Shown: positions 1-12,900 of the stretch, one piece after another | Numbering within the stretch: the stretch's first letter is position 1 | Layout: the number at the start of each line of letters is the position of its first letter | From: Lama glama | Lineage: Eukaryota | NCBI GenBank assembly: GCA_028534125.1 | Contig: CM052825.1 | Coordinates: forward strand, 434,001-498,000 | Direction: 5' to 3' | DNA length: 64,000 nt | Program-made: the position numbers and the translations under genes | The notes under the pieces: generated by a model | What the model was told of the DNA's origin: nothing | The model's input: only the letters and a program-made list of their open reading frames with translations | The model's database searches: none

Positions 1-75
1 AGCGTCTCAATTCGGGCCGGCCACATTTCCAGTGGTCAATAGTTACACGTGGCCAGTAGCTACTGTAGACAACGA
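1..75. mobile_element. MER3/MER33-like hAT-Charlie DNA transposon fragment
   Basis: GGCCACATTTCCAGTGGTCAATAGTTACACGTGGCCAGTAGCTACTGTA resembles the MER3/MER33 terminal consensus (GCCACATTTCAAGTGCTCAATAGCCACATGTGGCTAGTGGCTAC). Confidence 0.6.
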
Positions 76-1299
76 AGGTTTAGGCTTAATCCTAGATGTA
101 CTTCTAGGGGATCTTCATTCCCCTCAATCCACCCCCACCCGCCCAGGCAGCGCTGAAAACACACAGCCTTCGCTCCTCTCTCTGCCACTTCTCCGGTCCA
201 ACACCCACCCCGCTTATGAAGTGACGTCTGTAAAATTTATCCCACGGATGAGACTTCCTCAAGCTCACCTCGACACGGCCCACGGGCTGTGAGTGTAAAA
301 GCGAAGAAAAGCAATGGTTGCACATCCACACAGACAGCGAGCTAACGAGCTAACGTTGCATTAGCCCCCTGCCGTGGCCGTTAATGAACATGCTTTCATT
401 AAAACGGCCCTTGCAACTGTTTTGTTTGCTTGCTTGCTTGCAGCGGTGGGAGTCTTTTTCCGACGGCGCAGCGTGACTCGCTGGAAGGAACAGGTTTTAA
501 GAAACGGCTCGATTTGGACTCTTTTGCCTCCTCCCAGACCGCACCCGCCCTCTGACCTGTTGGAGCCGTTTCCTCTTTTGTAAAGTAGCATAATAATAGT
601 TTCTTTATCTACCTGGCAGGACAGTTATGAAACTCGGTAAGGAAGTAAAGGGCAGGGCTCAGACACTTCAAAACCCCACACAAGAGCGGCCTGTGGTTAC
701 CTGTGTGGTTCGTGGGTGGAGGAGCCTGCGGGCCAGGAAGGCGCAGGTGTAACCGACAGGCTCCGGGGCGGCCGCAGGACCGGCGACAGCGGACGCGGGG
801 GGCGCCCGGGCCTGCTCTGCCAGCGCGGGAGGGGCGCACCTGCGGCCCAGCGCGCACACCTGGGACGTGGGCGGCGCTCGGACCGCACAGGTACGGGGGT
901 AAGGTGGGAGCGGACAGGGGCGGTGCAGGGACGGTGGAGACCGGGAGGTTGGCCACGAGGCCGGACCGGCGCGGGGTGGCCTGGCTGCTGCCGGCGAGTC
1001 GTGGGGGGGGTCTTTCTCTAGACGAGGACCCTCGGCGAGACGCGAGTCCCCTCCGCCCCAGGCCTTCCTTCCCGCCCTCCTGCCCCGCCCCCTCCCGCCG
1101 CGCACCGCCTCGGAGTCCCGCCCACTTCTCCCGCCCCGCGGCTCGGCTTCAGTTCGCGATTGGCTGGGCCCCTACGTAGGCCGCCTTCGCATTGGCCGAG
1201 GAGTTTCAAGTGGCGCGCTCAGAATTGGTGGACGTCCGCGTTGCTCCCGCCCCCGGCCCCAGACGCGGCGCACGATTGGCTGGCGGAGGCACGGTTTCT

Positions 1300-1367
1300 C
1301 GGGCCTGGGCGGCGCGGACGAGGCCTGGGGCAGCGGTGGCGGCGGCGGCGGCGGCGGCGCGAGGCAG
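1300..1367 (+). other. SUN1: SUN1 non-coding first exon (5' end approximate)
   Basis: Strong donor GCAG|GTGAGC just downstream of the CCAAT cluster; the next recognisable SUN1 exon is at 13098. Confidence 0.7.
1338..1358 (+). repeat. (GGC)7 trinucleotide repeat in the 5'UTR exon
   Basis: Read directly. Confidence 0.9.
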
Positions 1368-2789
1368 GTGAGCTCCTGCCGCGGGTCGGGGCGAGGGTCG
1401 CGGTGAGGCGGGGCCGGGGCCTGGGCGACCCTCACAGCCGGCGGGGCAGGGACCGGCCGAGCCGCGGGCTCCTCCCGGGCCGCCAACGGTCGCGGCGGCT
1501 CCTCGGCCCCCGGCCCCCCGCCCCCGCTCCCCCTCCTCAGCCCGGCGTCCCCGCTCCGGCGCCGGCGGGCCCTCCCCCCCAGCCCCCCCCACCCCTCCCC
1601 ACCCCTCTTCAGCGCCCGAAGCCCCCGGCGCGGCCCCCCGCCCCCGGCCGCACGGCCCCAGGACGGCGCTGTCCCGCCCGCGAGGGCGCGGCTCGCGTGC
1701 CCGGGGTCGCGGGCGGCGGTGGGGGTCGCGGGCTGGGCCCGCAGACGTCACGGTGGCGGTGCGCGCCCCTCCGACCCCGCCGTCCTCGCGAGTGGAGGCC
1801 GCCGACGCCGCGGCCGGGCCTGCCGCCCCGAGCCCTCGCGGGCTCCCGGCGCAGCCTGTCCCCTCGCCCCGCGTCCGAGCTCCGAGGCGGGCGCGGGCCT
1901 GGTCGTTGGCGTGCTTTTCGTTGGGCACTTCATAGCTGCTCCAAGTCTGCAAACTCGGACGGTTCGGGGGTTGGTTCTGGGGAATTTTCTGTTTATTTTC
2001 TTCCACAGCTACCTTTTTATTTTCTCTTTTCTTAGTTTTCTTTTTTCTGTGTGTTCTGGAATTACTGTTTTTTGAGCATTGGATCTCTGGGCCGGTTTTG
2101 TGTTCTTTCATCTTCGTCTCTCTGTTCGACTTTCTAGGAGCTTTCTCGGTCTTTTCTTCCAACTCACTTGTTCAGCAGTTCATTTTGGTCGTCATATTTT
2201 AAATTTCCCAGAGCGCTTTTGGTGATGGGGTTTTTTTCCATCTAAAATTTGGTAACATGTTATTTCGTAAATGCGGTAGCATCATCGCATTCTCCCTCCA
2301 TAGCCTCATTTTTTGCCCCCTTGAGCCTGCCCTTCCTGAGACGTCAGGTGATTCTGGTTGAACGCGTTTGAGAGTGGGCCCTGCCCAGTGCTTTGCAGGT
2401 TCTGTGCACCTGCGTGGCTGCTGTCACTGTTGGCTGATAGGACGGGCTGGGATTCCTACAGGGACACTCAGTGTCATTGTCCTTAGATCATTTTTTTGGG
2501 CCTTTTAGATTCCCAAAGAAGGGCTTTCCAGTCTCCTGCCTCATTTGAGAAGTTGGGTAGGAGAGTATGGATGTGGCCTTCGCAAATCAGTCAGGAAAAG
2601 CTCCCTTATCCTGCTTTTCAGGGAGGCATCCTGGAACGCACCTGTTCCCCTTGAGAACCCTTGGTTTGATGCTCCAGTCTCTGGGGGAGGGCAGGCAGGG
2701 CATCCATGCACGGTGGCCGTGTGCTTCTTTTTATTGTGGTGGAACACACGACATAGAATTTGTGTTTTTTACCTGTGTAGGTCGTTGGC

Positions 2790-5015
2790 CTTAAGTACAT
2801 TCTTGGTGCTTCACAACCGTCGCTACCATCCAGTTGCAGAGGGTTTTTTATCACCTTAAATGGAAACTGGTACTTGTTAGCAGTCAACTCCATAGTCCAC
2901 TGCTCCCAGCCTCTGGCAGCCACTAATCTGCTTTCTGTTTCTAGGAATTTGCCTTTTCTGGATTTTATATGTAAATGGATTCATACAACATGTGGCCTCT
3001 TTTGGCTTCTTCACTGAGCAGAATGTGTTTAATGTTCATCTATGTTGTGGCATGTGTCAGAACTTCCATTCTTTGTTACGGCTGGATAATATTTTATTAT
3101 ATGAATATATCACAATTTGTCCATTCAACATCAGAGTTTCTATTTTTTGCCTATTATCAGTACTGCTGCTGTGAATATCTGTGTACACATTCTTGTTTGA
3201 GCATCTGTTTTCATTGTTGGAGTGTATAATCAGGAGTGGAATTGCTGGGTCACGTGGTAACTCTATATTTAACTTATAGAGGAGCCATCAGACTTTTTTC
3301 CGCAGTAGCTGCATCATTTTACATTCCCACCAGTGGTGTGCAAGGGCTCCAGTTTCTCTGCGCCCTCTCCAACACTTACTTTCCGTTTTGCTGTTGTGGC
3401 CATCCTAGTGACTGGGAGGCCGTGTCTTGTGTTGCTTTTGATTTGCATTTTTAAATGACTGGTGATGTTGAGCATCTTTTCATGGTCTTTTGGCCATTTG
3501 AATATCTTCTTTGGAGACGTGTCCATTCCAGTCCTTTGCCCGTTTTCTAATTGGGTTTTTTGCCTTTTTGTTGCACTGTAAGAGTGTTTTGTATTTTCTG
3601 AACACTAGACCCTTATCAGATGTGATTTGCATGTACCTTCTTTCGTTCTCTGGGCTGGCTCTTCACTCTGTGATAGTGTCCTTTGAAGCACAAAAGGTTT
3701 AATTTTGACGAAGCCAGATTTATCGGTATTCTCCTTTGTTGCTTGCGCTTTTGATGTCATCTGAGAAACAGCTGTCAAATCCAGGGTCGTGAAGATTTAC
3801 CTCTGTGTTTTATCTAAGGGTTTTATAGCTTTAGCTCTTAGGTTTAGGCCTTTAATCCATTTTGAGTAAATTTTTTTGTGTTGTGTGAGGTAGGGGTCTA
3901 ACTTGATCCTTCCGCATGTGGATGTCCGGGTATCCCAGCACCACTTGTTGAAGAGACTGTCCTTTCTGTATTGATTAGTCTTGGTGTCCTTTCAGAAAAT
4001 GAGTTGACCTTAAATGTATGGGTTTATTTCTGGACTCTCAATTTTGTCTTGTTAGTTTGTGTGTCTGTCCTCATTTCGTAGTAAATAAGTTTTGAAATTG
4101 GGAAGTGTGAGTCCTCCAAAGTTGTTCTTTTTCAAGATTGTTTTTGTCTGTGTGGTATCCATTGCATTTCCATATGAATTAAAAGGGTTAGCTTTACTCT
4201 GCAAAAAAAAAAAAAAAAGCCATCGGGATTTTGATAGAGATTGCATTAAATTTACAGCTTGGGTAGGGGAGTATTGCCATGTTAACAATATTAAATTTTC
4301 CAGCATGTGAACGGGGATGATTTCCCATTTATTTATGTCTTCTTTAATTTCTCTCAGTTTTCAGTGTACCAGTTTTGTACTTTCTTAGTTAACTTTGTCC
4401 TCAGTTTGTTGTTCTTTTTGATGCGATTGTAAGAGGAATTGTTCTTCTTTTTTCCTTGTTTTTCATCGACGTGTGTAGTTGGTTTGTAGTGTTGTGTCAG
4501 TTTGGGGTGTACAGCATAATAGTCAGTCATATGAGGAATTGTTTTCTTAGTGGCGTTTTTAGATTGTTTGCTGCTACTAAATAGAAATACAACTCATTTT
4601 TGTGTGTTGATCTTATATACTGCAACTTTGCCGAGTTTGTTTATTCTAATAATTTTTTGGAATTTTGTAGGATTTTTTAATGTATGGGATCATGTTTGTG
4701 AATAGAAGTAGTTTTACTTCTTCTTTTCCGGTTTGGATGCCATCTGTTTCTCTTGCCTAGTGGCTCTGACTAGAGTTCCAGTGCGGTCTTAAATAGCAGT
4801 GGTGAAAGCGATGTCCGTGTCTTCTTGCTGATCTTCGGGGAAGGTGTTCGGTGTTTCACGGTTGACTGTGGTGTTAGCTGTGAGTTTTAGTAAATGCCCC
4901 TTGTCAGGTTGTGGAAGTTCTCTCCTATTCCTAGCTTGCTGAATGTTTTTGTCATGAAAGTGATGGATTTTGACAGGTTTTTCTCCTGCACCAGTTGAGA
5001 TGATCACATGGTTTT
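2790..5015 (-). mobile_element. Old LINE-1 (L1MB-like) fragment: 3'UTR plus degenerate ORF2
   Basis: Minus-strand ORFs resemble L1 ORF2 (KTILKKNNFGGLTLPNFKTY at 4052-4306; MIIS...TANTTVNRE..FP at 4789-5007); typical L1M 3' end at 2800-3000; frameshifted. Confidence 0.85.
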
Positions 5016-6714
5016 GCCTAACTGCTTCTTGAAGAGATTTTGATTATTCGATTTATCCCGTATTTTGGTTCCATTCTACACTCTCACTTCCAAATACACA
5101 GGTGTCACTATCACAAGCCTCTGGGGATTCCACAGTGGAAACTGGGTTATTTCAGTATTCCTCATGCAAGCTTATGGTTAAGCTTTTTCTAGTCTAAGTC
5201 AGTTTTCATTCATCCACCTTACTTTCTAGTTTCCGACTTCCTTGCTACTGTTTTTTTTTTAATCCTTTTCAGTGAATGCTGGGCACTTCTGGTAGAGGTG
5301 GTAACACAGGGTGAAGCCATCTTGCAGCGTTGCAACACCTGGCCTTACCTGAATATTGCACGGTGAGGTGAGAGCTCAGGAATCGCAGGGCATTTCTTGG
5401 CATCCAGTGCTGATTCAGGCTGAGTGGTCCTGAACACATCAGAGTCGAGCACCCACACCGGGGTTTGCAGGACAGGTGGGAACAAGATAGGGGTGGCACC
5501 AGCACAGGTGGTGTCGCTGGGACTGTTTCAGTGGGTGTGGGGCTCGGTGCTGCCTGCAGGAGGGTTGCGGTAATGTTTTGTTGATGGTAACCATAGTTTT
5601 CTTCCTCTTGCTTTTTAACTTTGGACTCATTGCTAGTATGGACAGCTGACCCTGTTGGGTTCCCACGTGTAGGAGACGAGACTGCGGAGCTGCGTTTGAA
5701 ACTGTTTACTTCCTTTGGGCCACAAGGAACTTAGGATGACAGATGGAAAATGCAGACCATGACGTTGCTGTTTGTAACGTGCTGTTTATTGTAATCACAT
5801 ACTGTAAGTGACTCTGCTTTGTTAAGTGATTTGTGTGATTCGTTAGTTGGTTTTGCAGTTTGAATTTTAATCTGTAATCATGCTGCTAGTTGGATGCTTT
5901 GTTTTTCATTTAGTCTCGTGCGGGCACTTCGTGAATGGTCACTGGCTGTGAATTTTAGTTTAGGAAATAAGGACCGTGTGACAGATGGTATTAGACACTT
6001 GTGCAGAATAAAAGCGCAGACTTCAGTAGCCTGAAAGTAATCAGGTGTAGATGGGAGGTTCCCGATGGAACCTGAGGGGCTCTCCCAGGGGCCTGTGTGG
6101 CCTGAAGACAAAAAGCGGTGCTTTGCCTTTTGGCCTTGGTCTTCGCTGCTCTGCTCACTTGTCTCATCTGTAATCAGTATTATTGGAAGGTGGGAGCTAT
6201 GTCTAGAATACGGAAAACAAGATCAATTTAAAGATTTCTTCCCTAACTGTTTACGCTACAGACAACCTTTTCAGTACTGGGAAGCACTCACTTTTAGCCT
6301 GGTGCTTCCCATCTGGGAGGGCAGAGCCTTAAAAGGGTGGTGGAGAAATGGTGTGGATTAAGTGTTTATGTTCACAGTAGAAATGAAGTCCTGGGACTGC
6401 TGTTTCTAGTTATCATTCCCAGATATAGTGGGAAATAAGACAGAGCTGACCACACTGTTCTGATTAGGTAAGGAAACGTCAGAAGTGCTTCAGATCCATG
6501 AGGAGAAGGGGAGGAGACCAGATGCCCGCGACCCTTCCTGCTCTTCCCGAATCTGTCTGGCATAGGGGGTGCAGTTTTCCATGGTATGGTCGGACACGGA
6601 GCAGATCAGGGCGAGGGCAGCTCAGGACTGTTTTCAGCTTAATGGCAACACAACATGATAGCAGTGGGTTCTCCCACTTCTCTGGGCACCTGCAAGCCGC
6701 TCGTTGGTTCTGCA

Positions 6715-6960
6715 GGGCAGGGTAGCTCCTGCCCTCAGAGAATTCATGGTCTAGATGGAGAGGAAGGCTCATTAATCAATAAATATTACCATTTCTGTTA
6801 AGTGGTGAATGCCAGGGAGCAGTACAGTTGGCACCTAACGTGGATATGGGGGCTTGGGGGATCCAGGAGAGCTTCGTGGAGGTGGTATCTCAGCCGTATC
6901 CTGAGGAAGGGGAGAGGTTATCTGGGAGCGATTGGGGTGGAAAGAGACCAAGGAGTGGGG
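6715..6960. mobile_element. L2-like fragment
   Basis: CCTGCCCTCAGAGAATTCATGGTCTAGATGGAG and the downstream purine-rich GGAGAGCTTCGTGGAGGTGG are typical of L2. Confidence 0.5.
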
Positions 6961-9900
6961 ACTGAGAAGCCAGGAGGGCATCTGAGACGAGGAAGGAGCG
7001 CAGGAACCGTGTGCCTGTCAGGGTGGCCCTGAGGTGTCGGACGCTTCCAGTGTCGGGGGGAGCCCGGAGTCACCACTGGCCCGGCCACTTGGTACCTGAG
7101 CTCTTGCCAGGGGAGGTAGCGCTCTTCTGACAACGCTGGTTGTAAGGAAATTCGGCGTGTTCTAGGTTTGAAGCAAATGATAAAACTATGTTGCTGATAC
7201 TTTCTGTGTTCTACAAAGAAAGGCCCTTTCCCGTGACAGTACATGGTCTGACCTCGGAACACTGATTAACATCACGGAGGGGAAACGTGGCTCTGACCGA
7301 AGCGCTGGCAGGTGAAGCATGCGATAAGGCACCTTCGCGCAGAAGGAGGCATTTGCCCTGAAGCTCAGCTAGTGTGCTTGATGATGGCTAGTCAGAAGAA
7401 GACCCTCCTAGCCTGCTTCTCCTCCTGTTCCATCATTTCCAGAGAGAGGACAGACTCAGTGGATCGTGGCTAGAAACTGTCCGGACAGAGTTGCTGCTGC
7501 TGACAGCTGGGTCTTGTCGAGTGTTTCCTCCTCGTGCCAGGCGGCGCTGGGCAGGCTGGGCGTCTTAACTGACGAAATCCTGTAGCTGCGCCCGGAGTGG
7601 GACCGCGTGTGCCCTGCAGTGGTGCCACAGTTCTTGCAGCAGAGTAAGTGGAGGAGCCAGGGTCGAGGCTGCTTCACAAACGAAGAGCAGTTTTGTTTTG
7701 GAAATAATAATTGCTGGGCTGTTTAAATTATGAGCTAGATTTACTCCTTAAGAACTGCTTTGAGTAGTAACAAAGGGAGTAAGTGAAAAGTAGGCGTCCC
7801 CTTATAATTTACCATTAAGTTTACTGTCATATTTTTCCAGAAATTTAAAAAACATATTCAAGTATATATATAACACGTGTAGCACTCTATAAAGCCCTTC
7901 CAAATATTTTTAGGTTGTAGTCATTTGTTTCTGATTCTCTTGTTTAAATAATTATCATTTTTAAAGATTATCATCGTAAACCATAGCTTTTCGTAAATTA
8001 ACAATGTTTTGCTTCTTTAAAATGAAAAGATATGTGATACCGATTCCAGTTTGTTGTAGAAGTAATTCCATTGAACGTGATCTTTGGAAGACAGTCATTT
8101 CTAACCCAATTTATGATTTTTTTTAATCTGTTGAGAAAAATAACTTTTTTAAGTCTCTGCATTATCTAGTTTTAATAGGATTGAGTCTGAGCAGAGTGGT
8201 TATGTTAAGATTTAGCACTACTTTTTACGGTGCACTTCTGGATTTTAGTTTCCAGGCTCTTCTCCACGGCACACGTGACGGTGGAACACCTGATTGCGCA
8301 GGGCCTTGCGGAGCCAGCCCTGGGCAATGGAGGAGTGGGGAGGGTGGGGTTCGCCTGCATGTGTGTCGGGCGGGGGGGCTTGAGGGACTGCCTGTTGTCA
8401 GCCCAGAGCGCCCCTCGGAGATGGAGACGGCACCAGTGGCAGATGGCCATGTCTGGAGCCGAGCCCAGAGCAGGGGGAGGGCGCTGCCTGTCACTGCCCC
8501 CTCGAACTGCTGCTCTTTCTGCAGACGGGCTGCAGGTTCGTGGTCACTTCTGGGGTGAGTGCCACTCGGACGGGGCCGATGAGGCGTCTGTGGGGAAGCT
8601 GTGCGGCCGTTTTGGTTCCGGCTCCGGCTCCGGCTCCCATGTCTTCAGTGACTCCCCTGGCTACTAGAAAGCTGGGTCTGTAACTTGCTTATCTTTGTAA
8701 ACACAGTGCCTTTGGAGCAAATTCTGATCGTCTTATGCTTGTCTAATGAAAGTGGTTTCCCCTGCATGATACCTTGTGTTTATGTGGAGAGAAGCAATGC
8801 TGCTGGCCGACCTTAAAGTCTGCCTTTTCTGGTTTTTCCTTACCACTGGTAGCATTTCCTAAGAAGATCCCGTGTGCTGATTTTACTTGAGAACTGTTAG
8901 CACTTTCATGCTGTTGCTGTGGTTTTGCCGTTTGCTTCGAGCTGTTTCCAAGCCTTTGTGACTTGTCATCATTGATGCTTTCCAGGCGTGTTTTCTAGGT
9001 CGTCACAGAATTAGTACAGACTTTCTAAATAGTTGAGATTCAGGTTATATGTGGTGGTGGAGCCAAAATCTGTGTTTGACCAAAGTATTCGAGAACAAAA
9101 CCTGAACTTTGTACTTCATTTCTAGGGCGTGATGGGAATATTACATGTTGTGTGTACGGGGCAAGGTAAAGGGTATCAGAGGAGAACCAAGTGTAACTTA
9201 AGAAGAATCTTAGCTCTGATTTTAAAACCCTGCTGGGATCTGCATGTCTGTAAAGATGCGTATTTACACTCTTAGGTTTGAAACCAAAGTTTGCAGCCTA
9301 AACAGAAGACCTCTCCTCTCGCCTGTGCTCGCTGGCTCATGTTCTTAGCCACTGGTAAGAGCGGGTGACAGGGAGACACTTTGGGTAGTTCTTAGGCAGA
9401 GCTTCCTCTTCCACTTGAAGCTGTCACTCTTGGCCTGCTGTCTGCTGAGGTGAGGGCTTTTTCCCTGTTAGGACGGGCAGCTCAAAATCAAAAGCTGTCC
9501 ACCCTGAAAAGCACTCTTCTGGAGACAAGGGAAGGCTCTTGAGCACCACAGATCCCCCCATCCCTGTCGGCTGGGCTGACTGGCCTGGGGGCTCACTGTT
9601 GAGCCCCACTCCTTTGTGCAGCCTCCCCCTTCTGTGGTCCAGGGTGCTCAGGAGGAGTGGGGCCCGTGAGGAGGTCATACCAGTCGTGACGCCTGGGGAG
9701 AGGAGCGGCCTGGAAGGGTCTAGAGAGATGAGGACAGTGGGGCCTGGACAGGGCCTCTGTTTGTAAACACACAGATTCTTTCCAGGATTTTCTGATGCCA
9801 CTGAAAACATCTTCAGTCCGTTTTTCACTCTTTCTCGCCATGCTATTCAGAGTATGAATGCGAACCCGATCTCCCTTGAGTCACAGGCTGAGGCTGCTTC

Positions 9901-12900
9901 AGACCGTGTGGTCAGGAGGAGGCTCTAGGGTTACGTGTGGGCTTTAATTAGCAGTGACGTCAGTGGAGCTGGGGCAGCATGTTGAAAGTGCTAAGTGCTT
10001 GCGTTGGCTGTCAGTAGAACTTAGAACTTGTCTTGAAACTGCACTTCTGTTCGGTGTTCTGATCAGCTTCTGAGAGAGGCCGGAGCTGGCCTACTAACCT
10101 GTCGGCTCCAAGGTGGAGCAGTCAGAGCTCCAGCGGACTTTGTCTTTTATTTAGGTCAGGGGCAAGTGGATCTTCCATCTCAGAGATTGTTAAGTCAGAA
10201 GGAAAAAAGTTTGTTCCTTAAAAAAAATGTAAATCATTGGCTGTATAAGATTTTCCCTCAAATGATAAATGCTGACTTCTGGGTGTTTGTCATGCATCAG
10301 GCCCTGCCTACGTGCATCATTTCACTTAACTTTCTTTTACTTTATTTCATTTTATTTTACCCTGTAATTTTATCTAATTTTCACACTTATGAAAGGAACT
10401 AAAGGTTAATTTTAAACTATTCTGAATCAATATCATAGTCTTTTGAGGGAGAAAGAAAGAGAGCAGGGTCGTCTGAGAAGAAGGCTGGTGTGGAGACGAA
10501 TGGCCAAGTGAGTTCTGGTGGGGTGCGCCCCTGCGGGGCCCTGGTCCCCCTCTTTCTGCATCGAGCTGGCCGTGGCCTCTGCAGCCACTGCTGCTTTGGG
10601 GGGTCTTCTTGGACAGGGATTTTCTGGGCTGTGGAGCAAGTCATGGCCAGAATGGCATTTCCCTGGGCCCGGGGTCTGATTAAGCAGGGACCGATTCTTC
10701 TGTAGCTTTATACGCGGGTGTGTTTGACTGGAGAGCAGACATGACACTCACGTGGTCACCGAAGCACAGTCAGAATGAGCAGAAAAGAGGGTGTGTAATC
10801 ACTGCTCTCCTCGCTGTAGTAGCTGCTCGGCTGAGACCCCGGGTCTCCCTCCGCCGCCCTCCCGCCTTTCCCCTGCGGCTGCGCCGCCGGGTGCTGAGCT
10901 GTGCGCACCCAGGCTGGTGCTCTCGGTGTGCTGCCTTTGGGCCCTACAGTCCGTTTGCAGCTCCTGTCATAACACATTTAACCAAAAACCTGCTGCTGAG
11001 TCTGTCACTCAGCTTGTGTCTCTGCTGCCGCCTGTAGGGTTTTCCCTGCCCCTCTGCTGTGGTCTTGGCCTTGATAGGAAGTTGGACGGATGGCCAGTAG
11101 CTGCACTTCCTTCACGTCAGAAGCAAGGAGTTAGATCTCTTTCTAAATTGTGGCATAAGGCCTACATTAGACCCGACCAGGGTAGGATGACCCGGCTCTG
11201 TGTCTCCTTGATGGGAGGCACCAGGTCGGACTGTGTGGGTGTCACTGGTCCTGCACCTCTGATGGCTTTGGAAAACACCATTTGTTATGCGTTTGAAATT
11301 AACCGGTCTGTTTTTCTCAGGTAAAGTGTGAGAACATATTGATGTAACTTTAAAATAAAAAGGCTGTGAGTCCTGGCGCAGTTCCTCACGGGCCCTCACG
11401 GCTCCCTCTACGCCTCTGACCCTTTCAGTGGCCTTGTCAGTAGCGCTGCGCCCCCCACCGCCCACACAGCGTGCTCTGGGTCTCCATGTCCAGTCACGAC
11501 GTGTGAATTCATTGCTGCCTGCAGGACTTGGTTTTCTGGCACCTGCCACTCGCTTGTTTATAACACTGTAAACCGATCCAAGAAATACTCAGCTCACTGA
11601 GGACCAACTGAATGCCGGTTGTAGAGGAGTTGGTAGAAATCAGCAGCAGTTCGAACAGCTGGGTTTGAATAACGGTCAGCAGTGCAGGTATAATGAAACA
11701 TTAAAGTGAAAGCTCACTTTGGGAATGAAATCAGGAAGTTTGGGTCTCGTTAGCCAGTAGGTAATAGGGAATTTCAAAAATTGGTTCTCTTGAGGCTGAG
11801 GGCAGCAATGGGGCATCGATACTGTTACGGTTGCTTAGTGAGTCGTGGCTAAACCTCAGCGCAGTCAGAGCCATTGTTACACTGCTGCCAGGGCGTGGCC
11901 CTGGCTGAGCTGGAGGTGGCTGGGCGTCGGGTGCCTGTGCGGGCGGAGACCGCAGGCTGGCTCCGTTCCCTCTTCTCCGGCTGCGTTCCTCAGTGTCTGT
12001 GCGGTGGACCTGCTTAGAGTAGGCAGAGTGAGCAGGTACTGGACGGATACATGGGTTAAATCGTCAGATCATTTTACCTGGAGAAAGAGGTTTAAGTGTG
12101 TATTAGTAGAATGACTTGCACTTCTCCCTGGGCTGTGGGCCAGGTCCTGAGAAGAGCTGGCGGGTGTGAAATTAGTGGGCACACACTACAGTTTTTATCT
12201 GTGAATGGTGGTCTTTATTTCTGTGGGTACCTAATTTTTAAAAGGATATTTGGACTATTTCAAAGACTGTGGGGTGAACTTAAGTACTTTTGGCTTTGTT
12301 TATAGAAGTCGTTTATACCTAAATGTTTTTTGTCCAGGTAGTCTTTATTTTTACTTTTATCTTTCTTGATTTCTCAACAACAGACTATGATTCACATTTC
12401 TACGAGGGTGTGGTTTTTTGTTTGTGTTTTGTTTTGTTTCTGAGTGTGTGTGACTATTTTTAGCCAGAGGAAAGTTTGAGTCATTCCAAAGAAGTCTAGA
12501 TGACAACCTGAAAAACAATATGCTCGACACTTTTTAATTTAAAAATAATCTGTGTTTTCCTTTGGGGAAAAGTAGAAGTATGCAGTGCTTAAGGTTATCT
12601 GTTACTCCCCCTGCGGCTTCTGACTCTGAGAAGCGCCGCCGTCTGGGAAGGTGCGGGAGTGCTTGGGGCCTGGGGTAAGGGTCAGTTCTGTTGTCCTTAA
12701 AGACAGTAAACTTACTTTAGGAGAATGAGAACGTGCGACGCCTTCAGGAATTTGGAACTACATTCTAAAAAGGGGTCTGAGTGCTTCCGGTATTCTTTGG
12801 CAAATGCCCCAGTTTTCATAGTTTTGTGTCAGTCTTGCCGAGGATTTCCCTTGTTGCTTCTGTAGATTTATCGCTTTAGGGCACTAAGTATAAAAGCCGC

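Larger units (their letters stand above)
700..1960 (+). promoter_or_regulatory. SUN1: SUN1 CpG-island promoter (GC boxes, four ATTGG/CCAAT boxes, E2F-like TGGCGCGC)
   Basis: Very high GC and CpG density; CCGCCC boxes at ~1083-1135 and ~1247; ATTGG at 1159, 1191, 1224, 1275; followed by the donor CAG|GTGAG at 1367/1368. Confidence 0.85.

Noticed and set aside
609-2162. Long overlapping ORFs (up to 318 aa) in the SUN1 CpG island
   Set aside because: Arg/Pro/Gly/Ala low-complexity translations expected from stop-poor GC-rich DNA; open on both strands with no recognisable domain.
4052-5007. ORFs with reverse-transcriptase-like segments
   Set aside because: Frameshifted remains of an old L1 ORF2, not a functional gene or novel retroelement system.
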